Below are positions 35,191 through 52,901 of a stretch of DNA of 64,000 nt, piece after piece (position 1 is the stretch's first letter; every line of letters starts with the position of its first letter). Both the position numbers and the translations under genes were made by a program. The notes below the pieces were generated by a model that did not search any database, had not been told where the DNA came from, and saw only the letters and a program-made list of their open reading frames with translations. The stretch comes from the human T2T-CHM13v2.0 reference genome, Homo sapiens: the NCBI RefSeq assembly GCF_009914755.1, contig NC_060940.1; one strand, given 5' to 3'.

Positions 35191-35450
35191 TCAAGGGTGG
35201 GCCCTGGAACTCATAGCCAGGGTCATTGTCTGTTCCAGCCTGATTGTTGCCATAGCCTTCACCTGGCCCTCCCTGGCCCCATTTCTTTCTGCCTTGCACC
35301 GTTCACCACACCACTGCTGCCCTGGGCCAGCTTTTCAGAAACAGATGGGGCCTGAGACCCCAGGACAAAGGCCAGGCTTCTTACCCTGGCCTTCAAGGCC
35401 TTCCCATCAGGGTTCTCTACTTGGAAACAATACAATAATTTCCCCCATAG

Positions 35451-35932
<482 letters not shown>

Positions 35933-38900
35933 TGACTAGTCTTACCTAGCCCTTCTCCCTCAGCCCATTCTCCAGACAACAGCCAAAATAAGCTTGTAAA
36001 AATAAACCTGACCATTGTAGAATAGAATAGGACACTTCTAACCCTGGCCTATAAGGCTGGATGTTCCCTTTTACATGTCTTGAATGCCAACTCCTTGGTC
36101 CCTCTGCTCCAGCCACACAGGCCTCCTTGCCAGTCTCGAAGCCCACACCACAGTCCTGCCAGAGGGCCTTTGCACATGCTTTGCCCTCATCTGGAACCCC
36201 TGTGCTCATACCTGCTCACATGTGGGTGGCTCCTTCTCATTGTTGGAGCTTGGCTCGAATTTCTCAAAGAGGCCTAATGTACCCTTCCTAAGAAAAAAAA
36301 GCTTTGTTTTCTTAACAGCACTTATCACTAAATGTATTATAATACTTGCTTGTTTATTTACCGTCTCTTCCATTAGAATGTGAGCTCTAGGAGGGCAGGG
36401 TCTCTGTCTTGTTCCCTGTGGTGCCTCCCTTGCCTAGCACAGGGCATGGTATGCAGTGGGCACTCAATAAACGCAGTGGAATGAAGAAACAATTGGATCC
36501 CTTTTAGCCTCATCTCCCAGTATTTCTTCCCTCCTTTCCCCACCCCACAGCACTATGTGGGCCTCAGTCCCACTGCCTCTCCCCCTGCAATGACCACACC
36601 CCTCCTGAGCTCCTTTCCCTCCTCTCCCCTGTCATCTCCCCTCCATCCTTACCCACACACCTCCCTTCCCCTCTCCCCTCTCCTTCCTCTGGACAGCCTT
36701 CCTCCTCTGCTGGCCAGTTGCATGATCTCCTTGCTGGTCTGTCTGCCAGGTTAGGCTGTGAGGTCCAGTGCTTGGTACACAGGAGGAGCACAATAAATGC
36801 TGAGTTGCCTCTGTAGCCGCAAAGACAGGAGGCCCTGAGATTCTGAGGTTGCAGCAGGGCCTTCTGTCCTCACCATTTCAGGACCTGCATCTGGGGTTTC
36901 TGCTTCTCTGGGGTTTCCGCATCTCTGGTTTCCTGACGGCTGAAAGTTTCAGTTTCTTCACTGCTCCTGTTCTGTCTGAGAGCCAGGAGATCCGAGGGGC
37001 CCACTGCACTCAGCCAGGGGCGAGGGATGCCTGGTAGAAGTGTCATTTCTATTTTGCTGCTGCAAAGCTGATGTTCACCCAGGTCAATTTCACGCTCAAA
37101 GTCATACAGAAACGGCGAGAACTGAGACTCTGCGGCCAAATCAAGGGCTTTGCTCCAGGTACACAGAACCTCAGATCAGAAAGGCCTGGCCCATGGGTTC
37201 TCCTGGAAGCCAGAGTCCTGAAAGGTAGGGACTGTGTGTGACCTAGCACTGTGTCCCCACCAACCATCAAAAAGAGTGCCTCTGTAAACATTTCTGAAAT
37301 TGATTAAATTCCATCCAAATGCAGGCTTCCCCTTCCTGGGGGTCTGTGCTTTGGGACAAGGTGTCTGCAGTCTCTTGGCATGTCCTATGATGAGTCCTTC
37401 GAGGGGACCTGCTAAAACCCTCTCTTACCCCATAGAGAGGCAGAGGGGCAGAAGAGGTTTCTTGAAGCAGCAAATGTACCCCTCCAGAGCAGAAAGGGAC
37501 TTTGGAGCTGTCTAGGCCAGGGTTTTCTGGAGGGAGGAGCAAGTGACTTGCCCAAGGTCACCCTTGGCAAGCACAGTCAGGGCCCCTCACTCTGCCCAGG
37601 ACCACAGCACTGCTGGAAACCAGCCCAGGCCCCCTCAGGCTCCTTCCTCTGTGAGATCTTAATCAAGAATTTTCCACAGCTGCCCAGGGACAGGGTGTGT
37701 AGGAATGGTGTGAGCAGATAAAGGGCAGCTGTGATTTTCGCCAGTCAAATGGCAGTTTAAAAGGCAGACGAGTGATAAGATCTACCCCGAGGGCCCAGTG
37801 GGAGGTAATGAGCAGAGAGAGGCCTCCACAAATCCTCTCCCCTAACAAAGCCAGGGTGGGGCCCTCAAGCCTTCAGCCCCACTGGCAGATGCCTCTCTGA
37901 GGAGGGGCTGGGAATCCAGGGAAGTGGGTAGGGAGGCCTGTGGGTCATTAAGAGGCGCCCTGAGAAGATTTAAAAATTAACACATATGGTAAATGTATAA
38001 GCTTTGCAAAAAAAAAAAAAAAGTGCACAGTGATCGTAACATTTGGGGTTTGTCATTGAGGTCCTGTTATCCTCAGCTCACCTCTAGATGCGAAACTAGA
38101 GGCCGAATGCTGAGCTGGGAGGGCCTGTGGAGTGGCCACTTTCATCAGCCCCGCTTGGGGTCATTCTGTCAGCCAAGGATTTCCATGGAATCACCCTTTG
38201 CCCTCTTTGCTTCTGCGTCCCCTTCATAATTCAACAAGCGTTTGTCGAATACCCACTCTCTACTGTTTTGTTGCTTGGGATTATCCCTGAACAAAGCAGG
38301 GCCAGATCCCTGCGCTTGTGAGTCTAACAAGGTGGATGAAATTTCTGTCTCCTCCCTAGAAAAGTGCACTGACGTATGAAAACTTATCCATGATTTTGTG
38401 GGACTCCTAGACACTCATCTTGGAGGTGGATTCCCCAACAGTGTTTGCTGCCCTAACACAGGCTGAGCATTTCATCTACCCCTTCTGCCTGGCCCTACAG
38501 CTGGGTGGGTACACCTGTCCCCAGCACCTCTGGAAGAGGAGTAAGAGGTTAGCAAGAGGGACAGAGTGAGCCAGCCAGGCCTTCCTGTGAGTTCTCAATC
38601 ATCCAGTGCTGACTGGCTGTTGGGGGTCATGGAGCCCTAAGGATTTCGAGCACCATGGAGCCAGTCCTCTGGGGGACCTGTGTGAACTCTGTGAGCCCAA
38701 GCCCGAGAGGCAGGGCTAGGGAGGGAGAGGAAGTATGTCCCTCCATGTCCCTCCCAAGGATGACCAGAGCTACAGCATAAGCCAAGCTCAGATGTCTACA
38801 GCTGGCAATAGCCTTTCTATCCCCTGCCTCCAGGAAGAGCAACTTATTCTCTAAGAATCAGGTCAGGGGTCCCCTCCTCCAGAAGCCTTCCCTGGTTGTC

Positions 38901-39164
38901 CCTACCCTGACCCTCCTCCAGGGACACCTCTCCCATTGCTACCCTCACTACACAGCTGGGCTGATCTGTTTCCATGCTGATTTCCTGAACGAACTCAGCA
39001 GCATCATGAGCACAGGCGCAGTGCCCACCATGTGTGTCCTTGGCTCCTATCGCACCCACCTATGGCATGGTGGGTGGTCAATAAAAGTTTGTTGGGTGAA
39101 TGGCTGCAAGATGGAAACCTCAGCAGAGGTGACAAAGAGATCAGTGATTTTCTGGTCAGCCGCT

Positions 39165-39500
39165 AGATCACCCCACTCCTGAGTAGCAGACTCCAAGATA
39201 GGGGAGTGTGTGCAGGGCATTCAACAGGGAGCCTCTTGTGGTCAGTACTTGTGGGTAGAAGGGAAGGAAGCAGGGCTGGGCAGAGGGAGAAGTGAGCTTC
39301 GGTGTATACCCAAAGCCTCAGCTGGGGCAGGGTGTCAGCTCTTTATAGCCACATCCGTCAGTCATTGAATGCTGGCCTCTTGGAGGAAAGGTGACAACAG
39401 GTGAGGCCAGCACCATAGGGGCTGACACTGAGAGCCCTCACAACAGCTGGGAAAATACGCCCTCCATTTCTAGTGACACATCAAGTGTGCGCCCACTAAC
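39165..39500. mobile_element. Ancient ERVL-type LTR (LTR16/LTR33-like)
   Basis: gaaggaagcagggctgggcagagggagaagt and cagtcattgaatg blocks. Confidence 0.5.
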
Positions 39501-39992
39501 TCATCTCTCCAGACCCTAACTCACCTCTTTCATCCCCTGACAGCTCAAATTTCCACCACTGCCTCCCTGCAATGGCTTAGGCACCTCTGGTAACAAGAGT
39601 GCTGCTCCCATGCCACCTGCATGCAAGGTGTGGCCTCAGAGTGCTGGCAAAATCGGGTCCTGATCTGGTCCAGCACTGGTAGGGTGACTGCTCCTATGGG
39701 AGCTGGGGTGCCCTGTCTGGGATGGCTTCAGGAGCCAGGAAAGGCGCTGGCTCCCCAAGCTTTATAACCCAATGGCCCTGCAGGCAGGGCCCAGGGAAAC
39801 ATGGCCCACACTTTGGGTGATGCCTAGGGGCCCTGGAGGCCACCGCCTGGTCCCAGGCCCCAGGGCTTGTCAGTCTATTGGTGGATATGGATTACAATTC
39901 TGACCTGCTGAGCTCTGGTTTGGAGTTACTTGTAGATGTCTCTGGAGGTACACATAGACATTGGGAGACAGGTTGGAGCTAGAGAGACTAAT

Positions 39993-40028
39993 GTGTGTGT
40001 GTGTGTGAGAGTGTGTGTGTGTGTGTGT
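39993..40028. repeat. (TG)n microsatellite
   Basis: Read directly. Confidence 0.9.
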
Positions 40029-40058
40029 ATATATACACATCTTTTTAAATATTATACC

Positions 40059-40659
<601 letters not shown>

Positions 40660-40741
40660 TAAATAAATTTTTTAAATCCAAATACTAATATGAGAGGTTT
40701 TTGAACTCTCATAGAGTAGGACCCAGAGTGTGTCCTCAGGC

Positions 40742-41204
40742 TAAGGGAGGACACCACCCCTCATATTGTCTTATGCCCAGTTTCTGCTTCCAAAGAAAGA
40801 AAAAGTAAAAATTAAAAGGCAGAAATGAAATCCACAAGCAGACAGCCCGGCGCCACACCCTGGGCCTGGTAGTTAAAGATCGAGCCCTGACCTAATCGGT
40901 TATGTAATCTATAGATTACAGACATTTTATAGAAATGCACTTTGAAAATCCCTGTCCTGTTTTGTTCCAATCTAATGATCGGTGCATGCAGCCCCCAGTC
41001 ACGTACCCCCTGCTTGCTCAATCAATCACGACCCTCTCACATGCACCCCCTTAGAGTTGTGAGCCCTGAAAAGGGACAGGAATTGCTCACTCTGGGAGCT
41101 CGGCTCTTGAGACAGGAGTCTTGCCGATGCCCCCCGGCCGAATAAACCCCTTCCTTCTTTAAGTCGGTGTTTGAGGAGTTTTGACTGCAGCTCGTCCTGC
41201 TACA
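40742..41204 (+). mobile_element. Solo LTR2 (HERV-E/Harlequin family, ERV1)
   Basis: Starts taagggaggacaccacccctcatattgtcttatgccc, ends ctcgtcctgctaca; AATAAA at 41141; near-perfect 4-bp TSD aggc/aagc; recognised from memory of the consensus. Confidence 0.88.
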
Positions 41205-41284
41205 AAGCCACCAGGCTATCTCTAGGATCCCTTATGGGGCCCCTCAGGGTCCTCTCTGACAACTCCTTCTTGGGTCCTGGCTGA

Positions 41285-41974
<690 letters not shown>

Positions 41975-42202
41975 TGAAATAGTGGAGCTGCAGAAATCTG
42001 GGCACATGTTGGAATGTATATTAGCCAATCACTAGCAACCCAAAGCTAGAGTGGGAGGCCTAGAGAGGTAATGAGCTTCCAGTGAGTAGAAGCATGCAAG
42101 CAGGTTGCACACCCCTGAAAGAGACAGGGCAAGAAGGGCCTGGGAAGGTTCACCTCAGAGAGAGGGCTCGCCGGGTTTGCTGCCCGGGAGGCTGGACTGT
42201 GA

Positions 42203-42637
<435 letters not shown>

Positions 42638-42985
42638 TAAATTCGCAGGCCTTTTCTCCACCCCAGAGCAAACCAAGACATGGCCCTTGGCTCCATACTG
42701 AGATGAAGTGCCAGGAAGAAAGCCCCAGAGGAGGGCGTCAGTCACTTGGGGCACAAACTAGGAGACCTCCCAGTGCCCCAGAGGTAGAGGCCTGGTTTCA
42801 AGACCCAGCCCTCCAGGGACCAACTATGTGGCCTTGGACAAGCTTTCACCTCTCCAGGGTGATAATAATCCTGTCGCCCATTACAAGGCTAGGCAACTGC
42901 CTAATCACTTCTAAGGCCACTGCTCTCCTAGGGGGAGGAGGTGTTATGAGCAGGAGCGCCCAGGACTCCCAGTCTCCCATGGCAT

Positions 42986-43225
42986 CTGATCTTGGATCAC
43001 TGCAACCTCCACCTCCTGGCTTCAAGAGATCCTCCTATGTCAGCCTCCTGAGTAGCTGGGACCACAGGTGCACACCACCATGCCCAGCTAATTTTTGTAT
43101 TTCTTAGTAGAGACAGGGTTTTACCTTGTTGCCCAGGCTGGTCTTGAACTCCTAAGCTCAAGCAATCCACCCACCTTGGCCTCCCAAAGTGCTTTTACTA
43201 CAGGCGTGAGCCACTGCTCCTGGCC
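42986..43225 (-). mobile_element. Alu (AluJ-like), partial
   Basis: Antisense Alu lacking its tail. Confidence 0.85.
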
Positions 43226-43387
43226 TAGGGAGCATTTTAAAAGCCCCTCAAGCAGCTCAACACCCAGTGGGCTGAGGGGTCGGGGGGTGCTCGGTATGGG
43301 GCGCAGTGGTGCAGGTCAGTGGGCTGGATGCAGAGATGCCGTCCCTAGCACCCCTACCTGCCTGACTTGTGGTCTCTGGGCTGCCAG

Positions 43388-43534
43388 CAGGAAGGCAGAC
43401 ACCTGCATGCCCTGGCCTTTGACAGCCGGCCCAGCCACGAGATGACTGATGGGCTGGTGGAGGGCGAGGCAGGCACCAGCAGCGAGAAGAACCCCGAGGA
43501 GCCAGTGCGCTTCGGCTGGGTCAAGGGGGTGATG
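43388..43534 (+). CDS. SLC12A3: SLC12A3 exon 2 (QEGRHLHAL...FGWVKGVM); alternative start 43391
   Basis: ccag|cag| tandem acceptor, |gtgagt donor. Confidence 0.96.
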
Positions 43535-44542
43535 GTGAGTGGGGTGTGGGTGGTGCGTGATGTCCAGAAATGGGGGTGGGGTGGCAGAGCTCCATCCAGG
43601 CTCAGCTCTGACTCTCAGGCCCTGGTGGGGCTTCAGTTTCCCCATCTGTACAATGAATTCAATGAGTTAATAGATCAATAGACAATAGATTAATGCCTGC
43701 CGGGGAGTAATTAGAAGAAACTGTGTTTCCCTAAAAAGCCACCAGGGGGCTGCACTAAACACACAAATCCGTAAATGTGTTTTTCTCCTCCATGAAGGGA
43801 AGGAAAAGGTTTGCTATAGTGAGGAGCAGGATTAAGTTTCCAGACAGTAGACAATCAAGGACACTTGGCTTTGGAGACATTATGGGACTTTACAGAGGGG
43901 ATCTTATGGGATGTAGAAGGCTTTAGCCCTGCTCCGGGAGGCAGGAGGCTGGGGTTCTGATCTTAACGCTGCCAACTGGCTGTGCCTCCGTTTCTCCATC
44001 TGAACCACGAGCCCTCCCCGACCCCCAGATGCTCTTATTCAGAGCTGGGATCTCCCTCCTGGGCTGTGTTGCCAGAGCCGGGAACGGCCCTGCAACTCAG
44101 TGGGGCCAGCGACCACACCAGCCCCTCCCACCTGGAAGCTTCAGCCTCCATCTCGGCCTCTGGCTTTGCTTTAAATTTGGAAGCTGAAGTCACAGCCACC
44201 TGAGCTCTGATATCTGCTCTTACATGGGGCGCTGGCTCACCTGGCATTTGCTGAGCTCCCTGTAAATGCCAGGCTCTGGATCAACTGCTGACCACTGGGG
44301 CCATGGTCGGGGCTGGCAGACACAGGATCCTGGGCTTGGGATGGATACAGTGAGGGCTAACAGTGCTGGTAGCCTAGCGTCAGGACTCAACGGGAGGGTG
44401 GGAAAATAGGTGGGAGGGATAGGTGGGTCTCTGGGTGCCTCTCACCCTCTTGCCCCATAGAACCAGACTCGGAACCTACTGAAGTGGGTGAAGAAGGGAC
44501 CCAGGTGTCCCTAGGGCCTAGGTGCTCGATACCCTGCCATAG

Positions 44543-44728
<186 letters not shown>

Positions 44729-44998
44729 TGAATCCCATTCTTCCCAGCTTGCCTGAATCCTGTTCTTCCCAGACCCCAAGGTTGCAGGATTAAACTTGAG
44801 GTGCAGAGACCAAACGGCCAGGCCTTCTCCTCCCTGGTTCAGTCTCAGGCCCCTGCAGTGACAGGGGTCAGGGTGGTGTGGCAGAGGCACGCTGGACATG
44901 GGGTCAGCAGGCCTAAGGGCTATTTGCCCTCAGTAAGCCACTTAACCTCTCAGAGCCCATTTCTACCTCAAAGCGTGCAGGTTAGAAAGCTGCACTCT

Positions 44999-45316
44999 GG
45001 CCGGGCACGGTGGCTCACGCTTTGGGAGGCTGTAATCCCAGCACTTTGGGAGGCCGAGGCAGGTGGATCACGAGGTCAGGAGTTCAAGACCAGCCTGGCC
45101 AACATGGTGAAACCCTGTCTCTACTAAAAATATTAAAAAATTGGCCAGGCGTGGTTGGCAGGTGCCTGTAATCCCAGCTACTCGGGAGGCTGAGTCAGAG
45201 AATTGCTTGAACCTGGGAGGCAGAGGCTGCAGTGAGCCGAGATCACGCCACTGCATTCCAGCCTGGGCAACAGAGTGTGAAACTCCATCTCAAAAAAAAA
45301 TAAAAATAAAAAAGAA
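44999..45316 (+). mobile_element. Alu (AluS-like)
   Basis: Dimer; TSD agaaagctgca(c/t)tct. Confidence 0.92.
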
Positions 45317-45642
45317 AGCTGCATTCTGGACAGAACAGGACTCAGATGCTAGCTCTGTAGCCTGCTATGTGACTTTGGGCAAGTTTCTTAACCTCTCTGA
45401 GCCTTGGATTCCTCATTAGGAAAATGAGGGTGATAACAGAACCTACCTCATGGAACCGTTGTGGCTTTTACAGGATGCAAGTAAAAACACAGCGCAGATT
45501 TGGCTCCCAGAGGTGATCACGGAGTGGTAACTGCTACTTTATTTTTTATTATTAAACGAGGGTAGCTTCCCCTCCATACCTAACAATCCAATAAATGCTG
45601 GCTCAAGGGCTCACTGGCTATTCAGAGTATGACAGGAGGTAG

Positions 45643-45909
<267 letters not shown>

Positions 45910-45979
45910 ACAGAGACCCATTTTTCAGATGAGAAAACTGAAGCTCAGAGAAGGGAGATGAACGTAGGTCGCATGGTGA

Positions 45980-46649
<670 letters not shown>

Positions 46650-46844
46650 TGACTTCACCCATCAGGAACCACAGCCTGATCACTGTGGGTGAGAGTGACA
46701 ATCTCATCAAATAAAGGCCATTGCTTTCCCACAAGTCCCCTTTGGGGGTGTGTGTGGCCTTTAGAGCCACACTGTCCAGGCCCGTGCAGCAGCTGCTTTG
46801 GGGACTCGATGGCAGGGGTGGTGCTTGAGTTAACATCGTCCTAG

Positions 46845-47477
<633 letters not shown>

Positions 47478-47993
47478 TAGGTCCACATGGCCCAGGGTGG
47501 GCATGGTGGCTCAGGGGGCCGGGCACCCAGACTCCTTCCATCTTGTGCTCCCTCCATCCCTGCGCCGTGGCCTTTGTCCACCTGGTCCACCATACCCACA
47601 TCCCCTCCAGTCAGAGGGAAAGCAAAGAAGGGGGAAATGAAAGGGAGGGAATTCCCTTTTCTCTTTCTTTTTATGGCACCATCTGGAAGTTTCACTATCG
47701 CTGTCACACATGGCTGCGAGGGAGCCTGGGGAGGTGTGGCCTTCAACTGAATCATGGATCCTGCTGGCAGACTCAGCCGGACAGGCCCTACAGGCAGGGC
47801 AGGACCTGGCCCCTGCAGCCTGTCCTCTCCCCGCATTCTCTGACCTGCAGCTGTCAGAGGGTGGCCTCCTTGCTCTTCCTTGGATGCCCTGAGCTGAATT
47901 CCCTGGACAGTTCTCTGGCTTGTTCATTCTCCCACTTAAGGTGTCTGCTAAACACCTTCTCTCTGGTGACACCTTCCCAGGTCATCCTGCTAA

Positions 47994-48431
<438 letters not shown>

Positions 48432-48572
48432 ACCTCTTCTTACTTTAAATTCATCCTCCTTATTTATCAGCCAAGACAAGAGGCTTTGGCGGTCTTGTTC
48501 ACTGCTATATTCCCAACTCCTTGAACAGATCCTGCTGCATAATGGGTGTTGAATGAATGAGTGAGTGAATAA

Positions 48573-48788
<216 letters not shown>

Positions 48789-48973
48789 TGATCAAGGCCC
48801 TGACCATGGCTCTGGGGACAGGGACTCTCTACCCAGGAATCTGGCCCATTGTGTGGACACTGGGAGGATGGGATTACCCAATCCCATGGTCAGGGGCTGC
48901 CTGCCCAGTGGGTCCCAGCAAGGGGGGTCAAGCCCTCCAGGTGAGCCTTACTCATCAGGCCTTGCTTTTCCAG

Positions 48974-49104
48974 CGGACATTTTTGTCCAGAACTTGGTGC
49001 CTGACTGGCGGGGTCCAGATGGCACCTTCTTCGGAATGTTCTCCATCTTCTTCCCCTCGGCCACAGGCATCCTGGCAGGGGCCAACATATCTGGTGACCT
49101 CAAG
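48974..49104 (+). CDS. SLC12A3: SLC12A3 exon 8 (DIFVQN...[19 protein letters not shown])
   Basis: ttccag| and |gtgagc; TM6 motif. Confidence 0.97.
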
Positions 49105-49666
49105 GTGAGCAGAATACTTGCCCCTCCTGTGTCCTGGCACTGCACAGGGGCTATGAGCAGAATCCTGCCCCCTGCTCTAGTGGCATCTGCCGCTGACCTG
49201 GGAGGCAGGGCTTCTAAAATCCAGTCCAGTCCAACTCAGCTCAGTTCAACCCAATCCAACCGATTCCATTCCGTTCTGAGGTTGTTTATGAAGACCAGCT
49301 GCGTTCTAGGCTTGAGGGACACCACAGAATGGCTAGGTTCCTCCCTAGTTCCCAGAACTCTCAGCCTTAGGGGAAGACTGGCCCAGCTGTGACCTTAAGA
49401 GCCCAGCCTTGCTCATGCACATCTTTGCTGGGCTGACATCCTCCCAGGGCTCCCCACTGCCTTGCTGCAGGCAGGCTTCTTGGCTTGGCATTCAAGGCTC
49501 CAGCCTGCCTGTCTAGCCTCATCCCTGACCAGTGCCACCCTTCCCATGAGCCTGCTGCAGCCCTGAGGCTCTACTGCTTTGCCCGTGTTACCTCGTCCCT
49601 CCTCCACGCCTTTGCCTGTGCTGCGCTCTCTACCTGCAACTCCGTACGCTTGCTTTTTTACCCTGA

Positions 49667-50328
<662 letters not shown>

Positions 50329-50835
50329 TGTTTCTCTTTCAAATACCGCCTTCAACTATCATCTCTCCCAGCCCTTCCATCAGAGTCATGGTTCCCCAGC
50401 ATAATGATGTTGGGCCAAACGCGTATCTGTTGCCCCGGCATCTGGAGAACGGAGACTTGCCTCTGTCTCCCTATTCCCTCCCAGCTCAGAGCCTGGCACA
50501 TACTAGGTGCTCTGTACATGTTTGTTGACTGAATCATGGTGAAATGCAGTGTTTGAGCAGTAGCACAAAGTGCTGCACCAGCAGGGAGAAGGAGAGACTG
50601 ATGTTGGCAGGGGTTCCAGCAGAATTTCTGGGTGCAGGAGGCGCCAGAGCTGGGCTTTGAAAGGTGACAAGCTGGCAGAACCTTTGCTCAAGGGAGGTGG
50701 CAGGCAAGAGGGGGTGATGAATGGGGAGCTAGCCCCACACTGGAAATCACAGCTAACCCCTACCCCAAACCTCCAGTCTCATTTGGAAGGCGCTCCTTGA
50801 TGCATTTTCTTAAGCAAATTAAGAGCTGTGCATTG

Positions 50836-51146
<311 letters not shown>

Positions 51147-52266
51147 GGAATGCACATGGAGTCGACTGTGAAGCCAGCGTGGCTTTAAGCAGCTATGCAC
51201 CAGGTGGTGTTGGGCAGGGCCTGGAAATTGGAGAACAGCCGTTGGTTTGGCTCCTCTCCTTTTTCTGGGGAATGGCCAGCAGAGGCCTGGTCTGCCTGCC
51301 CTGAGGTCCCGCAGAGGTTGGGCCTGTGCTCAGACAGCCTGGATTCCATGCAGTCTCATTAGATCGTTGCCTGGGAATTTATCTCGATGCCTCATCAAGC
51401 TTTTTAGGTTACCAACCAGCAGGCATCAGCTGTCTTGAAGCTGGATGAGGCCCGCGCGCCTGCACTCTGTCCTAAATGCCCTCAAGCTTTAAGGGGCTCT
51501 TGGATGGCCTCCACCCATCCTGTGGGACAGCATCCTCAGCAGCAGAGCCACTGTTTGTGGAGCCCTCACTGTGACATTTTGGGCAAGTCCCTTTAAAACT
51601 CCCTGGGCCTCAGCTTCCCCAATTCTAAAATGGGACGAGTACAGCCCCCATCTTGCAGGGCGGTGGGGAGGATTCCATGTGCTAATTCATGTAAAGTGCT
51701 TAGAATAGTGCCTGGCTCAGAGCAGGGGCTAAGGGCTTCTTGTTATCATTGTCATTTTTACCATGATATAGACAAGCAAGCCAAGGTCAGAGAGGTTCGG
51801 GGGCCTGCCCAGGACTACACAGGTGGCAGAGGAGCCGGAATGCCAGTTTCTAAAACAGAGAGGCCTCAACTACATCACAATTTCATCATCTAACAAATAC
51901 GTTTTGTGCTGCCTCAGGGCATGCCCCTGTGCACAATCCTGCCCCCACCCCAACAGCTCACATTTATGGGCACTTGTCACCTGCCAAGTTATTTTCTGAT
52001 TTTACAGATGGGGAAACTGAGGCTCAGGGATGTTAAGGGGCTTCTCCCAGTGCACACAGCAGGGAAGAGGTGGGCTGAGATGTGGACCTGGATGTGCCTA
52101 ACGTTGTTAAATCCCCGGGCAACAATCTCAGAGTTAGGCACATCCAGGTCCACATCTCAGCCCACCTCTACCCAGCTCACCTCTTCTCTGCTTGCCTCTT
52201 CCCAGCACATCCAGAGGCTGAGATCTCAGCTCTAGATGCAGGAGGCAGGATGGGGGCTGATGGCTG

Positions 52267-52677
52267 GTGTATTTGTGTTTTCACCACAAATTGGGTGGCT
52301 TAAAAACAGACCTATATTCCCTCCCCGTTCAGGAGGCTAAAAGTCCGGGATCCAGGTGTCAGCAGGACCAAGCTCCCCCTGAAAACCCAGGGGAGAATCC
52401 TGCCTTGCCTCTTCCTAATTTCTGGTGGCTGCTGACAGTGGCTTTTTCTTGGCTGGCAACTGCATCACTCCAATCTCTGTCTCTGTCTCACGTGGCCTTC
52501 TTTCATCTGTGGGTCCTTTCCTTGTAAGGACACCAGTCATTGCATTTGGGGCCCACCCTAATCCGGTATGACCTCATCTTTACTAACTGCACCTGCAAAG
52601 ACCCTGTTTCCAAATAAGGCCACATTCTGAGGTTCTGGGTGGATGTGAATTTTGGGGGACGCTATTCAATCCACTAG
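52267..52677. mobile_element. MaLR LTR (MLT1B/C-like)
   Basis: ccacaaattgggtggcttaaa...taaggacaccagtcatt...tttccaaataagg...ctattcaatccacta. Confidence 0.8.
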
Positions 52678-52814
52678 AGGCAGGGTGGGAGGCTGGTGTG
52701 TTCTGTTGGCTTTGGGGCTGGGGACCCCATGTGCATGGCCCAGTTGAGTCAAACAGGTTTGCCGGGCAGGGCTGGCAGGTCCATGCCTGCAGGGGCCCTG
52801 CAGAGCCCTGGGGT

Positions 52815-52901
52815 GGAGACTCCACCCAAAGCCCTGGGAGACCGAGGCAGGGAGAAGAAATTCAACAGCTCCACGTCTGGGCCACAGAGGGCACTTGGCC
52901 A
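52815..52901. repeat. Left arm of an 87-bp non-Alu inverted repeat (partner 54071-54157)
   Basis: Reverse complement matches 54071-54157 at 79/87 with no gaps (hand alignment). Confidence 0.93.

Noticed and set aside
49218-49272. Degenerate 5-mer run (ccagt/ccaac/tcagc/ccatt) resembling satellite or a repeat-spacer array
   Set aside because: Short, low-complexity and without spacers; nothing CRISPR-like occurs in the window.
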